A DNA stretch of 28,491 nucleotides from assembly GCA_964510585.1 (NCBI GenBank), contig CAZECW010000028.1, positions 1-28,491 of the forward strand, read 5' to 3'. Each line of letters opens with the position of its first letter. Positions within the stretch are counted from its first letter, which is position 1. Made by a program: the position numbers and the translations under genes. Source of the DNA: an uncultured archaeon (GTDB taxonomy: Archaea; Asgardarchaeota; Jordiarchaeia; Jordiarchaeales; Jordiarchaeaceae). This document shows, one piece after another, positions 1-10,287 of this stretch. The notes under the pieces were generated by a model. That model saw only the letters and a list, made by a program, of their open reading frames with translations. It was not told the origin of the DNA and ran no database searches.

Positions 1-87
1 GCTGCGTCTTGTTTAGCCTCTTAAGCCCAAGCCAAACCCTTCAGCTACCAACAACTATTTATATACCATACTTTCAAATAAACTTTC

Positions 88-142
88 TGGCGATTCATCC
101 CCACGACTAAAGTCGGGGGCTTTCTCGCCAAGGTTTTGTAAA
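88..142 (-). mobile_element. IS200/IS605-family left end (TTAC target, AAAG guide, subterminal hairpin); element continues off the left edge
   Basis: The minus strand reads TTTAC-AAAACCTTGGCGAG-AAAG-CCCCCGACT-TT-AGTCGTGGGG. This is the IS608 left-end layout: TTAC, then an AAAG guide at the foot of an imperfect GC hairpin with a bulged T. There is an outer TGGCGA/TCGCCA stem and a TATA-like TATATAAATA further inside the element. Confidence 0.8.
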
Positions 143-324
143 CTATCCATAAGTCCTGTTGTGTGATTGGGTGTTCTGTAACTAAAAATTTAGATCCGAG
201 TGAATCTTGCAATTTTTATAATTTGACGTGCATAACTTGTTATTTGGTTTCCATTAGCTAACCAAAATTTTTAAAATTTTTAAATAACAAGACAGTCGAT
301 TAAAATGGGTATCCGATTGAGTTT

Positions 325-1029
325 CTATGAAATTCTTATCGCCTCAGCTATTAAAATGGCTCCTAATTGTTTAAAGTTAGCCCTCTCCTCAAAAATTTTA
401 AATATCTTACCAATAAACGGCAGTTTAATTAGACAAGGCAAAAAGAAAGATGAAGAAATTGACTTTACATAAAATCCTTTACTACCCAGAATATCAGTTA
501 ATCTACTGGGCGAATAATACCTAATCGACTTGTAAAATGATTTTTTCTTAAACAAGGCTCTAATCTTCCTGTACCAATTCCAAGAGTTTAATAGGTTGTG
601 GACTCCCACAACCGCATCTCCTCCTACTGTTAAAATCCTGTGAACCTCTCTTAAAGCATATTCCTCGTTAAGAAATTCTAGGGTGGTAAAAAGCATTACA
701 GCATCAAATACCTTGTTCTTAAATGGCAGATGATGCGCGTCCCCCACTATTACCTCAACTCCACAACCCTTAGCCCGAGTAGCCATACGCACCGATGTGT
801 CAATACCTATCTTCTCATAGTTGCTTCCAGCTACAGAAACTGTAAATAGCCCAGTCCCACAACCCACATCAAGAAGCCTTCCTCTCACACCATTATGCAT
901 TAAAGCCCTTCTAAGCATTATTAACTCGATTTGAAAAATAAAACTTCCAAACTCGGTTCTAAACCATTGGTCGTATGTATCAGCTGCTTTATCCCATTCC
1001 TTAACACTGCCCAAAACGGTCAAAACCAA
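325..1029 (-). CDS. Class I SAM-dependent methyltransferase (Methyltransf_11/UbiE-like)
   Basis: Motif I LLDVGCGTG, GDAHHLPF..FDAV, and ALREVHRIL..GG. The exact start is uncertain. Confidence 0.85.
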   Translation of the reverse strand: MVLTVLGSVKEWDKAADTYDQWFRTEFGSFIFQIELIMLRRALMHNGVRGRLLDVGCGTGLFTVSVAGSNYEKIGIDTSVRMATRAKGCGVEVIVGDAHHLPFKNKVFDAVMLFTTLEFLNEEYALREVHRILTVGGDAVVGVHNLLNSWNWYRKIRALFKKKSFYKSIRYYSPSRLTDILGSKGFYVKSISSSFFLPCLIKLPFIGKIFKIFEERANFKQLGAILIAEAIRIS

Positions 1030-1169
1030 GCACGCTCCAAAGAATCACAACAAACCATGTGTAGTAGCAAAATTAAGTAGACTCGGATGTTTCTTAATTG
1101 AATAAAAGGTGACTAAAATGAAACAATCCAAGTCTACCAGTAATAATAACAGCAGCGAGTCCCTTTTGA

Positions 1170-1500
1170 TTTTTCGGAAGCGCCTTTGAGGAACTCACCC
1201 CCACAGACCTTGAAGGGCTGTCGGAGTACGCCCAAAGAAACCTAGAGATCATACGCTGCTGGCACCTCAACCCCCTAAAGGACATCCTCAGAATGTGCCA
1301 GATTTCAAAGAGCTGGTTCTTCCGACTAGTCCAGAAATTCATCCAAGAATGATCCCCAGCACTTGAAGATAGAAGAGGCCGACCCCCAACCCAGAAAGGG
1401 GGAAGAACAAAAAGGAAAATCAAAATCTTTCCAGGCCATCACTACACCATACACCGAGAAGCCATCATTGAACATATTGATTTTAATGTTCCAAACTGGA
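1170..1500 (+). pseudogene. Transposase N-terminal helix-turn-helix relic (IS630/IS481-like)
   Basis: Manual translation from 1185 gives FEELTPTDLEGLSEYAQRNLEIIRCWHLNPLKDILRMCQISKSWFFRLVQKFIQE*SPALEDRRGRPP. This resembles the transposase HTH pattern IS.SWFYR...F.EEG..L.DRRGRP. A TGA at 1350-1352 sits where Gly is expected, and no catalytic domain follows. Confidence 0.6.
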
Positions 1501-1662
1501 AAAGGAGCCCTATAAACTTTTTTTTGGGGAGAAATCGAACTAAACTACATCGCTCAAGGCAAGGAAAACCAAAAAGTTAAATACAAAAACTATTTAGAAA
1601 AAGATTAGTGATGCCCCAAATTTTGGAGTGTATAAAGGAAAAGTTTCGTTGGGGAAAGCGGA

Positions 1663-2217
1663 ATGACAAATAAGTTTTCGAAAATGGCAGAAAGGATTCT
1701 CAGTATTGATATAGAGGATCAAGAAAAAATTGATAGAGTATATGATGCGCTTCTTAAATCCAGCGACTCGGAATCCTTCAGAATACTCTTAGAATTGTTG
1801 TCCAGCGGCGACGTTATTCATACGCAGAAGGCTGCGGACACCCTCGCGTTAAAGGGGGACCCCAAATATTTGCCTGAAATAAAGGAGATAAGGGAGAAGC
1901 TGCCTGCCCGCCCCGGTTTGAGGGACTATCGCCAGACTGTAGACAGAGCCATCGAAATCCTTGAAAACATCAGAAATAGATCAAAGTGCAGATGCAACTT
2001 GTACGCACTACAGAACGGATACAGTAACAGATACAACCCTTACGAAGAGCAGAAAGAGGGATTCATCTCAATTGTTAAAGAGGATGTTCACGAAAAGGAG
2101 TACTATACTGATTACTATTGCAGGTGCAATTTTTGTGGAAGAAGATGGAAGGTGACCGACGAAATCGGTTACCACTACACCTTATACAAATGGGAGGAAA
2201 TCACTGACAAGGAATGA
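1663..2217 (+). CDS. Hypothetical protein: HEAT-like helical N-terminus plus Cys-rich putative Zn-binding C-terminus
   Basis: 184-aa ATG ORF. LLELLSSGD...KAADTLALKGDPKYLPEI is HEAT/PBS-like, and the C-terminus carries CRC...YYCRCNFCGRRW. Confidence 0.65.
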   Translation: MTNKFSKMAERILSIDIEDQEKIDRVYDALLKSSDSESFRILLELLSSGDVIHTQKAADTLALKGDPKYLPEIKEIREKLPARPGLRDYRQTVDRAIEILENIRNRSKCRCNLYALQNGYSNRYNPYEEQKEGFISIVKEDVHEKEYYTDYYCRCNFCGRRWKVTDEIGYHYTLYKWEEITDKE

Positions 2218-2875
2218 TATGGTACAGACTTTCGCCGATTTTTTTCCTTTCCGCCTCCTAGGAACCCACCTCTCCTACTAAAAAGCTTCAAGGTTTTCAC
2301 ACCTGTTACAGGATTTCAATGAGTGCCCTCTCTTTGGAGGCTTTTTATGGAGGGGAAAACATGACTCTTCTTTTCATTTTGGCATGGAATTAAATGTAAG
2401 GTAGAAACAACTGCCATATAAATAATAATCCCCAAAAGCTAAAAAACCTAATATTAAAATTAGTGTTGAGTAACTTTTCTGTATGTTCCTTTTAGTGTTC
2501 TGTTCTTTTCCCGTCTTTTTCAAGGTTTTTTGAGTATTTTGTAGTTTTCGAGTGTGATGGGTGAATATGTACTGGTTTTGGTTTTCTCGTTTGGAAAAAC
2601 GTTTTCCACTAATATCTAAGGGTTCCTGTGATTGGGTTTTTGGTGTTCTCTATTAACCTGTGAATAACTCCCTTTTTTGTGACAGTGGCCAGATTGAAAA
2701 TAATTTATTTTTTGTTCTTGATGAGCCAAGCTTGTTGTGATTCCCTTTTTTTGGTCCTAATATTAATATATGCGAAGTAATAATTGTGGGTCAGAATAAA
2801 CTATTAATTGTGGTTGTAGATAGAATAGTTTCCGATGAGTTTATTATGGATAATTTTTGGAAGGGTGAATATGTT

Positions 2876-3298
2876 ATGTTGTTTGAGGCTACTGCTAAAT
2901 GGAGTGGTGAAGGCTACGAAGGCAGAGTGGAGTATCCTAATGGAATCAGCATGGAGTTCTGCGCTATGCCCCCTTGGGGAAAAAGAGTTAATGTGGTAAC
3001 TCCAGAGCATTGTTTCTTGGCGTCTATTGCCATGTGTTACGAAATGTTTATGGTAGCCGTACTCAAAAGAATGCGAATAGAAGCATCCATGATGGAAGTC
3101 AAGGCCGTGGGAGAAATTGCTGAGGGAGAAATGGTTCCAGGAAAATCTTTTGAAAGAATCAAAATAATTCCCAAATTGAAAGTCTCAAAAGAGAACAGAG
3201 AAAAGGCTGTTAAAGCCACCGAAATAGCAAAAGACTATTGCCTCATAACAAACTCCGTAAAAGTCCCAGTAACCATATCGCCAGAAATAATCACTTAA
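2876..3298 (+). CDS. OsmC/Ohr family protein
   Basis: TPEHCFLASIAMC and AKDYCLITNSVK carry the two conserved OsmC Cys. Start moved to ATG 2876, downstream of a GGTGA RBS. Confidence 0.85.
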   Translation: MLFEATAKWSGEGYEGRVEYPNGISMEFCAMPPWGKRVNVVTPEHCFLASIAMCYEMFMVAVLKRMRIEASMMEVKAVGEIAEGEMVPGKSFERIKIIPKLKVSKENREKAVKATEIAKDYCLITNSVKVPVTISPEIIT

Positions 3299-3419
3299 CA
3301 ATTGCAGAGAGAAACAAGTTATAATGATTAATAAGCTCTGCAATGGAGCAAATCTGGTGAAAAGAAGGAAAACTAAAATTTTAAATGGTGAAAGCCAGAA
3401 GTGGAAAAGGAGGAATAAA

Positions 3420-3971
3420 ATGAAAGCCCTCAACCTTTATTACTCAATGACTGGTAACACTGAGAAGGTAGCCAAGAAAATACAGGAAACCCTCAAGAAG
3501 TTAGGGCATAAGGTTGACACTATAAAGGTGACCGAGAAGAATGTGGAACTGGACATCCTTCAATACGAACTCGTATTCGTGGGTTCAGGAGTGTACACGT
3601 GGCTACCGGGTAAGCCCCTACAAGAACTCTACGCAAGGCTCCTCGCAAAGTACCATGGCACCAAAGATATAAAACCTGGTTCACCAAAAAGGCCACACTT
3701 AAACGTTGTGGTCTATTGCACTTACGGCGGAGGCCATACTGGAGTAAACGAAGCCATCCCTGCAGTCAAGTACATGGGGCAACTATTTGACCATCTGGGA
3801 TACAACATAATTGCAGAATGGTATATAGTCGGTGAGTACGTCACAGAGAGCTTTAGGGAAAATAATATCCTTGGAAGGTTGGGAGATATTCGTGGAAGAC
3901 CCAACGAAAACGACCTCAGAGAAGTAGCTGAAAAGGTAAAGGGAATACTAAAGGCCACATCGCCAAGCTAG
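3420..3971 (+). CDS. Flavodoxin-family protein
   Basis: FMN-binding YYSMTGNTEKVA, VFVGSGVY and YCTYGG. ATG 3420 is preceded by AGGAGG. Confidence 0.85.
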   Translation: MKALNLYYSMTGNTEKVAKKIQETLKKLGHKVDTIKVTEKNVELDILQYELVFVGSGVYTWLPGKPLQELYARLLAKYHGTKDIKPGSPKRPHLNVVVYCTYGGGHTGVNEAIPAVKYMGQLFDHLGYNIIAEWYIVGEYVTESFRENNILGRLGDIRGRPNENDLREVAEKVKGILKATSPS

Positions 3972-4214
3972 AGATTTTACTTCGCACTCACACGTTTTTA
4001 AAAACTTGATACCACATAAATTTCTACTAATCCAATATATCTTATTTTTAAGGACTGGATCTTGTTAATGACAAGTCTGAAGGGGTTTGATATAAAAAAA
4101 TAAGCCGATGAAAAGGGTTAGTTCCATGTGGGGTAATACCACCAAATTTTAAGCATACATTTATTTCTGATGGGGAGGGTGTTTTTTTGGTGTTTTGGGT
4201 GAGGTTTATTTGAG

Positions 4215-7200
4215 CTATGGTGTTTGGGTTTGGGATTCGATTATTTTTATCCAGGGGTGGTTTTTGATTTTTTCAATTTTTTGTTTTGTTTGGGGGTTGT
4301 TTTTTATTTTGTTGATGGTTTCTTTTATGGTGTTTACCTTTTCCTCTTGTGTTATTTTTTCTGGGTTGGGGAGGTGGGGTGTTATTGTGTCGTTGAGTTC
4401 TGTGCCCAAACCTTCTTCGAAGTAGAGTTCGTAGATTATGCAGTCTGCGAGTTCTTTTAGGAATTGGAGGTATTGGTTTTCTTGGCTTGTTTCTTGGAGG
4501 GTTAGTATGTATTCTGCGAGGGTTGATAGGTGCTTATTGTTTTGGGGGTATGAGAAGATGTTTAGGTAGGGAGCGTTTATTCTTAGGTATCCTCCAGCCA
4601 TGTGGGAGGATCCGTATATTACTTGATAGGTGTATTGGAATAGTTTGGAGTTGAGAAGCAGTAGGGTGCCTTTCAGGTTTGTGATTCCAATGTCTTCTGT
4701 GAGGTAGTAGATGCGTCCGAGTGCGTGTCCTTTGAGGTCGATTGCCGCGTTGAGTTGTTTCACCATTCCGGGTATCACTATTTTCTTTTTGAGGAAGTCT
4801 TCACGTTTCCCCGGGGGGATGATTGATTTTTTTATGTATTTGTTTGAGGACACGATGGCGTAGGGTTTAATGTTGTCTCCTTGGATGATTGGCTGGTATT
4901 CTTTGAGGTTTTGAGGTTCGCCTGTTATGTGTTTGCTGAAGCCGGAAGCGGCTATTCCGCAGCTGAAATTGTAGCGGTTATTAAATTTTCTTGTGACTGC
5001 CTCCAGGATGGGTAGATTGTTTTTGTTAATTTTTAGGGGTATAACGTTTTCTGGTATGCTTTGGAAGAATTTTTTGGAGATGCATAGGTCTTGGGGTTTG
5101 TGGAGGTTTGTTAGTTTATCCACGGTGCTTATTGTTATTTTTTCTGACGGTCTTTTCCTGTTTATGTTGATGATTATGGGGTAAGTTGCCGCTTCCTTGA
5201 AAACTTTAATGTTGGAAACGTCTATGACCATTTTCGTGTTCCACTCTTTAAGTAAAAGGTTTCGGAGGGGCTTCCCATATTCTGTCACGAGGAATTTGTT
5301 TGAAACAATGTGGGAGAATTCACCCTCGTCTTTGAGGATTTTCATGCCCCTCTCAATGAAGAGTACGTATATGTCGTACTGCTTATGGGTGCAGTGGCTT
5401 AAATTGTTGTATAATACTTTTTCGCTGTGTTTCAAGTTTTTATTCGAAATGTATGGGGGGTTTCCGATTACTATGTCGAAGCCCCCCTCTTCAAAGACTT
5501 CAGAATATTCCAGCACCCAGTGGAAGGGTTTGAGTTCCAAGAATTTTTTGTATCTCTCATTTTCCCTCAATTTTCTCAGTTTGTTGTCACTTTGAAAGAA
5601 TTCCTTTACGATTCCATAGTACTGGGCGTTAAGCTCTCTGTTGAAAGCCTCCGTGATTTCAACTAAAACCTTTCTGGTTTTGGGCTGCAACTCTCTATCA
5701 TGAAGTGTCCGGTACCTTTTAACCAACTCGTTTCTCAACTTGAACAGATCCATAGAGGCAATGTGCGGTCTTCCAAGAATGTTTTTTGCCTTTTCAGCGA
5801 TTTCAGGAAAGTTTTTCTCCAAAAAATCCATGTTGTCCAAAATAGTTTTTACTGAGTCATCCTTGGGAAAGAAGTTTTGAACCAGTTCAGAAGTAGAAGC
5901 AAAACCAACGAGAGAATTACCACACCGAATGTTGAAGTCAATGTTTGGTAGGGGCTGCACATCCTCTCTCGTCATAAAGGTTTCTGCAAGTGCCAAAAAT
6001 AATCTCAGTTTACATATTTCCACGGCTTCCTCCAATATGTCTACGCCGAACAAACTATTCACTATAATGTATTCCCTTATCTGGTAATTGCTCCAACCCA
6101 AAATTCCCTTTTCCCGGAGAGCATGATATATTTTCTTAAGCGCAACTATGGCGTCCACCAGAAAATGTCCACTGCCAACAGCGGTGTCAACAATCTTTAT
6201 GTTCCTCAAAACTTGGAACAAATGTTCCAAATGCTCACGAGAACCATTTACAATCAGTTCATCTAAATCACTATAATTGGTGGAGAACTTTTCATTTACA
6301 CGATCCACCAAGTATGGATGAATTGTATTTTTCGCCATGAATGTGGTGACTTCTTCGGGCGTGTAAACAGCCCCTAAATCCTTCTTGTTTACGCTTTTCT
6401 CAAATATGTATCCCAGGATCTCAGGGTTAATTTTGTCAACCTCCCCGCTCCTCTCATCAACTGTCCACTCCCTACATTCCAAAAGGTTTAGTGCAGGTAT
6501 ACTTTGTTCCCCTCTAGGAATGGGGTATCGCATCTCTCTGTAGAAGGCTTCGTTAGGAATACTTATATTGCTGTACTTTAACTCCACATCAGTTTCGATA
6601 AATAGTCCACAATTTAAATAGGGGATGTCCCCTATTAGCCGAGCAACCTCTTCATCCCTCTGATCCGGCTTAATGCATAATCCCTGAAAGAACAATTTCT
6701 TAAGAAACTCTCGGTAGAAATTTCCGTTTCTACCACTTATCTCCCTAAATTTATCCAAAAAATAGTTTTCATTGTTATCCAAAAGTCCCTTTTTCTGAAT
6801 AAACCACAAAAAAATCAATCTCTGGAAAATAATTTTAGTTAAAAATTCTTTATCACGCTCATTCAATACTCCACCAATTTTCCCGAGGAAAAAGTTTTCA
6901 GCGTAACAGTAAAGCTGGTAGAATTCCTTTATGAACTCGCTTCTATCAAACAATTCTTCAAAGGAATCCACATTGTTGTACTCAAGTGCCTCCAGCTTTC
7001 TGAGAAATATTAATTCCAAGTCCGATTTCCGTTTCCTCAACTTTAGAATTTTGCCAGTCCCAGCATCGTACCTGAAAAGGCGGTATTCCCTGGCACCCTG
7101 GTAAACGAGTAAAATGTATTTTGAAGATAAGTTTTCAAGCTCCCTTTCATAGTTTTTTGCATCCTCATCGGGCGAGTGCTCAACTACTAGGAGAAGGTCC

Positions 7201-7355
7201 TCCTCAGAAATTTTAAAGTAAACATGTTTCTTATCCTTTAAATAAGGCTGAGACCCACAAAAGAATTTTCTAATAAATCCCTTCGCCTCAAAAAATTGTA
7301 CTATATCCTCAAATTTTTCCCCAGTCCTAAACACCTCAGCCATCATAAGAATCAC
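4215..7355 (-). CDS. Type IIG/Eco57I-like restriction-modification protein (N6-adenine MTase, gamma order, C-terminal target-recognition domain)
   Basis: IPYLNCGLF, ILGYIFE, GAVYTP, motif I IVDTAVGSGHFL, LFGVDI, NIRCGNSL, motif IV FDIVIGNPPY, VFKEAATYPII, and the C-terminal LADCIIYELYF helix. The start could be 7355, 7346 or 7343. Confidence 0.85.
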   Translation of the reverse strand: MILMMAEVFRTGEKFEDIVQFFEAKGFIRKFFCGSQPYLKDKKHVYFKISEEDLLLVVEHSPDEDAKNYERELENLSSKYILLVYQGAREYRLFRYDAGTGKILKLRKRKSDLELIFLRKLEALEYNNVDSFEELFDRSEFIKEFYQLYCYAENFFLGKIGGVLNERDKEFLTKIIFQRLIFLWFIQKKGLLDNNENYFLDKFREISGRNGNFYREFLKKLFFQGLCIKPDQRDEEVARLIGDIPYLNCGLFIETDVELKYSNISIPNEAFYREMRYPIPRGEQSIPALNLLECREWTVDERSGEVDKINPEILGYIFEKSVNKKDLGAVYTPEEVTTFMAKNTIHPYLVDRVNEKFSTNYSDLDELIVNGSREHLEHLFQVLRNIKIVDTAVGSGHFLVDAIVALKKIYHALREKGILGWSNYQIREYIIVNSLFGVDILEEAVEICKLRLFLALAETFMTREDVQPLPNIDFNIRCGNSLVGFASTSELVQNFFPKDDSVKTILDNMDFLEKNFPEIAEKAKNILGRPHIASMDLFKLRNELVKRYRTLHDRELQPKTRKVLVEITEAFNRELNAQYYGIVKEFFQSDNKLRKLRENERYKKFLELKPFHWVLEYSEVFEEGGFDIVIGNPPYISNKNLKHSEKVLYNNLSHCTHKQYDIYVLFIERGMKILKDEGEFSHIVSNKFLVTEYGKPLRNLLLKEWNTKMVIDVSNIKVFKEAATYPIIININRKRPSEKITISTVDKLTNLHKPQDLCISKKFFQSIPENVIPLKINKNNLPILEAVTRKFNNRYNFSCGIAASGFSKHITGEPQNLKEYQPIIQGDNIKPYAIVSSNKYIKKSIIPPGKREDFLKKKIVIPGMVKQLNAAIDLKGHALGRIYYLTEDIGITNLKGTLLLLNSKLFQYTYQVIYGSSHMAGGYLRINAPYLNIFSYPQNNKHLSTLAEYILTLQETSQENQYLQFLKELADCIIYELYFEEGLGTELNDTITPHLPNPEKITQEEKVNTIKETINKIKNNPQTKQKIEKIKNHPWIKIIESQTQTP

Positions 7356-7700
7356 TCATCACCCCTTTCCAATCTAGAACCTTCCCATACAAAACTCCAC
7401 CAAGACAAGTATATGGCTAATTGGACACTCGGCCTTAAAAGATTGTACTAGAACTTTAGTTGCGCTGAGCGGTTAATGACCAGTCAAATCATCTTTACAC
7501 ACCTTCACCTTATCCCTTCGGAATAATTCCTCTAGGATCTTCACCCAACCAGTTAATTTCAGATTCATATAATTTATTACTAAATTATTGTTTTTACTAA
7601 TAAAATCTATTTTGTCGGATGCGATTTAAGTAATTTAGATTGACTTGTGACCGCAAGAACTATTAGCACCCCTTACTAGTTAATTTTTGAGTGGATTGGT

Positions 7701-10256
7701 ATGCCTTATATTTTGAAAGGTTTCCCCATCGAAGAAATCGATGAGCTTGCCTGGAGAGAGAGTAATGTTCGGAAACCAATTTATCATATTCACAGATGGT
7801 TTGCGCGGAGGGTGGGCAGCACCTTCAGGGCACTTATTCTTGGAACGTTTCTTGAAGATAATCCTATGAAGCACTATTATGAGAGGGTTGAACTTAAAAA
7901 TGGGTGCGGCCGGCCGCCCATAGTTTTGGATCCATTTATGGGTGGAGGCACCACCATACTGGAGGGACATAGGCTAGGCTGCCGCATGATTGGTGTTGAC
8001 ATTAATCCCCTCTCATGGTTTATAACAAAGATGGAGCTTGAACCAGTAGATAAGCAAGGGGTGGAAGAGGAGTTCAGAAGAATAGAGGGCGCAGTGAAAA
8101 GAAGAATTCTCTCACTCTATAAAACACGGTGCAACAAGGGACACGAAGCCGACACTATGTATGTTTTCTGGGTTAAGAAGTTGAGGTGTGAGAACTGTGA
8201 TGGGGAGATTCTAATGTACAAAAATTTCGTCTTAGCCAAGCCGAAGGAAAAATGGGTTTATTTGTGTCCTAGATGTGGCGAAATTTTTCGGGACACGCCG
8301 GATTTGGAATCCACTAGGTGTCCAACATGTTCTTTATTGTTTAATCCCCGCTTAGGCTTCTCTGAAGGTAGAAGGTACCTGTGTCCAAACTGCAATTTTA
8401 AAGGGGAAATATTGGATGCAGTGCGGAGAAGAGGAGGAGGTGAGCCTCCTGAGCACGAAATGTTTGCCATAGAGTACTACTGTACCCGCTGCGGTAGAGA
8501 CTATAAGAAGCCTTGTGCTGAGGACTTCAAACTCTACTACAGGGCAAGGAGCGAGTTTGAAAGGATTAGGAATAAACTTTTGGGGTTTTTGATTCCAGAA
8601 CAGGAGATTCCAGATGGTTTTAGTACTAGTCAGATGAAGAAATTCAACTACAAGTACTGGTATCAAATGTTTAATGAGAGACAGCTTTATTGTCTCAGCC
8701 TCATCCTACGTGAAATCCTAAAGATTAAGGACGATGGGGTGAGGGAGTTTTTCTTGGCAACATTTTCCGATTGTTTGAACTCAAATAATATGTTCACAGT
8801 TTACAATGCGACTTGTTTAAAGCTGGAACCACTTTTTGGGGGTGGCTACTTCTGGCCACGTATGGCTCCCGTAGAGGGAAACGTTTGGGGCACAAGGTAC
8901 GGTAGGGGAACCTTCACCAGCTATTATAGGAAGGGGCTAAAAGCTCTAGAGTACCAGCAGAAACCCTACGAATTGAAATTCCAGTCCCACAATGTTAGAA
9001 ACGGGGCAAAAATGGGATGGAAAAAGTTTTTCGTGAAAAAGGATAAAATTAGTGGCCTTTTTGCATCCCACTTTGAAGAGCTACTTGGGGAAAAGAATGT
9101 TCTCCTCAGATGTGATTCCGCAGTGGATCTGAGCTTCATTTCTGATGGAGCCGTGGATGCAGTTGTTACTGATCCCCCCTACTATGATAATATTATGTAC
9201 AGCGAGTTGTCGGATTTCTTCTACGTTTGGCTGAGGCTTGGCTTAAAGGACAAGTACCCTGAAGTTTTCAGCTCTCCCCTTACACGCAGGGAGGAAGAAA
9301 TTGTTGTGAATGAAGCTCAGAGTAAAGGCGAAGCTTTCTACGCGTGGGGCTTAACCCAAGTTTTCAGAGAAGTTTTTAGGGTTCTAAGGAACGAGGGATT
9401 ATTAGTTTTCGTTTTTCAGTACCGCAGGACAAGTGCCTGGAAGGTCCTCCTCCAAGCCTTAACTAAATCGGGTTTCCGCGTGGTAGCAGTTTATCCCACC
9501 TATGGTGAAACACCCAGCGGGGTTAGAATAAACCGCATAAATTATGACGCAATTCTGGTGTGCAAGAAGTTTACTGAGGATGAGAAACTCCAGATGGATT
9601 GGACAGTTTTTTGGAGGGAGTTAGCCAATAGAATTGACTCTGGGATGAGGAAGGCTCTTAGTAAGCATCCAGACCTAAGCTTGGAGGACGCATTCATAAT
9701 TGGGATGGGCAAGGCATTGGAAGTTTACACCCAGACTAGTGGAGGTATAATTTGGGAGGGAAAAGTAGTAGATACTTCCGAAGTTCCCCTAGAGGCGGTT
9801 GAGGATATTGTTTTTGAATCCTTTCTCTCAAGTGTGGTTGAGAGGGCTCCCGAAGTAGACCATGTATCAAAGATTTACGCCGCTATTCTGGCAAAGAAGG
9901 ATAAGATTGGCAGAGACATCGTAAGCAAAATTTCTAACCCCGAAAAAATTTTTGAAAAAGAAAAATTGGTTAAAAGAATCAAAAATACTGGCAGGATGGC
10001 CATTTTACCGCCCATATTGAGAATGGAATTTGTGGAGCAGAAAATTAGGAATAGTCTTCCCCTGACCTACATCGACGCGGCACACCTTCTCTGGACAGCA
10101 CACCAGAAAAAGGAGGGAACCACAAAAATTCTGGAAACCATAATTCACACAGGAATAAATGGAGAAAAGCTGAGACAATACATCAGATTTTTATGGAAAA
10201 GAACTAGAAGCACGATTTGGAAAGAAATAGAAAGCGAACTCAGACTTGTTTCCTAA
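7701..10256 (+). CDS. DUF1156-like adenine-specific DNA methyltransferase with inserted Zn-ribbons
   Basis: N-terminal IHRWFARR, motif I VLDPFMGGGT, GVDINP, five CxxC pairs plus CNKGH, and motif IV VVTDPPYYDNIMYSELSDFFYVWL. Confidence 0.85.
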   Translation: MPYILKGFPIEEIDELAWRESNVRKPIYHIHRWFARRVGSTFRALILGTFLEDNPMKHYYERVELKNGCGRPPIVLDPFMGGGTTILEGHRLGCRMIGVDINPLSWFITKMELEPVDKQGVEEEFRRIEGAVKRRILSLYKTRCNKGHEADTMYVFWVKKLRCENCDGEILMYKNFVLAKPKEKWVYLCPRCGEIFRDTPDLESTRCPTCSLLFNPRLGFSEGRRYLCPNCNFKGEILDAVRRRGGGEPPEHEMFAIEYYCTRCGRDYKKPCAEDFKLYYRARSEFERIRNKLLGFLIPEQEIPDGFSTSQMKKFNYKYWYQMFNERQLYCLSLILREILKIKDDGVREFFLATFSDCLNSNNMFTVYNATCLKLEPLFGGGYFWPRMAPVEGNVWGTRYGRGTFTSYYRKGLKALEYQQKPYELKFQSHNVRNGAKMGWKKFFVKKDKISGLFASHFEELLGEKNVLLRCDSAVDLSFISDGAVDAVVTDPPYYDNIMYSELSDFFYVWLRLGLKDKYPEVFSSPLTRREEEIVVNEAQSKGEAFYAWGLTQVFREVFRVLRNEGLLVFVFQYRRTSAWKVLLQALTKSGFRVVAVYPTYGETPSGVRINRINYDAILVCKKFTEDEKLQMDWTVFWRELANRIDSGMRKALSKHPDLSLEDAFIIGMGKALEVYTQTSGGIIWEGKVVDTSEVPLEAVEDIVFESFLSSVVERAPEVDHVSKIYAAILAKKDKIGRDIVSKISNPEKIFEKEKLVKRIKNTGRMAILPPILRMEFVEQKIRNSLPLTYIDAAHLLWTAHQKKEGTTKILETIIHTGINGEKLRQYIRFLWKRTRSTIWKEIESELRLVS

Positions 10257-10287
10257 AAAACGGTTAGTCAACAACACAATAAAGCGG

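Noticed and set aside
1094..1423. 109-aa minus-strand ORF
   Set aside because: It is the antisense shadow of the plus-strand transposase relic, with no recognisable motifs.
4195..5666. Hydrophobic plus-strand ORFs (4195, 4224, 4993, 5197, 5427) resembling membrane peptides
   Set aside because: They are antisense to the Type IIG gene, and their Phe/Val/Gly content is a by-product of the G+T skew.
7573..7604. dif/Xer recombination site
   Set aside because: Arm spacing does not fit the 11-6-11 layout; more likely an operator or a chance AT-rich repeat.
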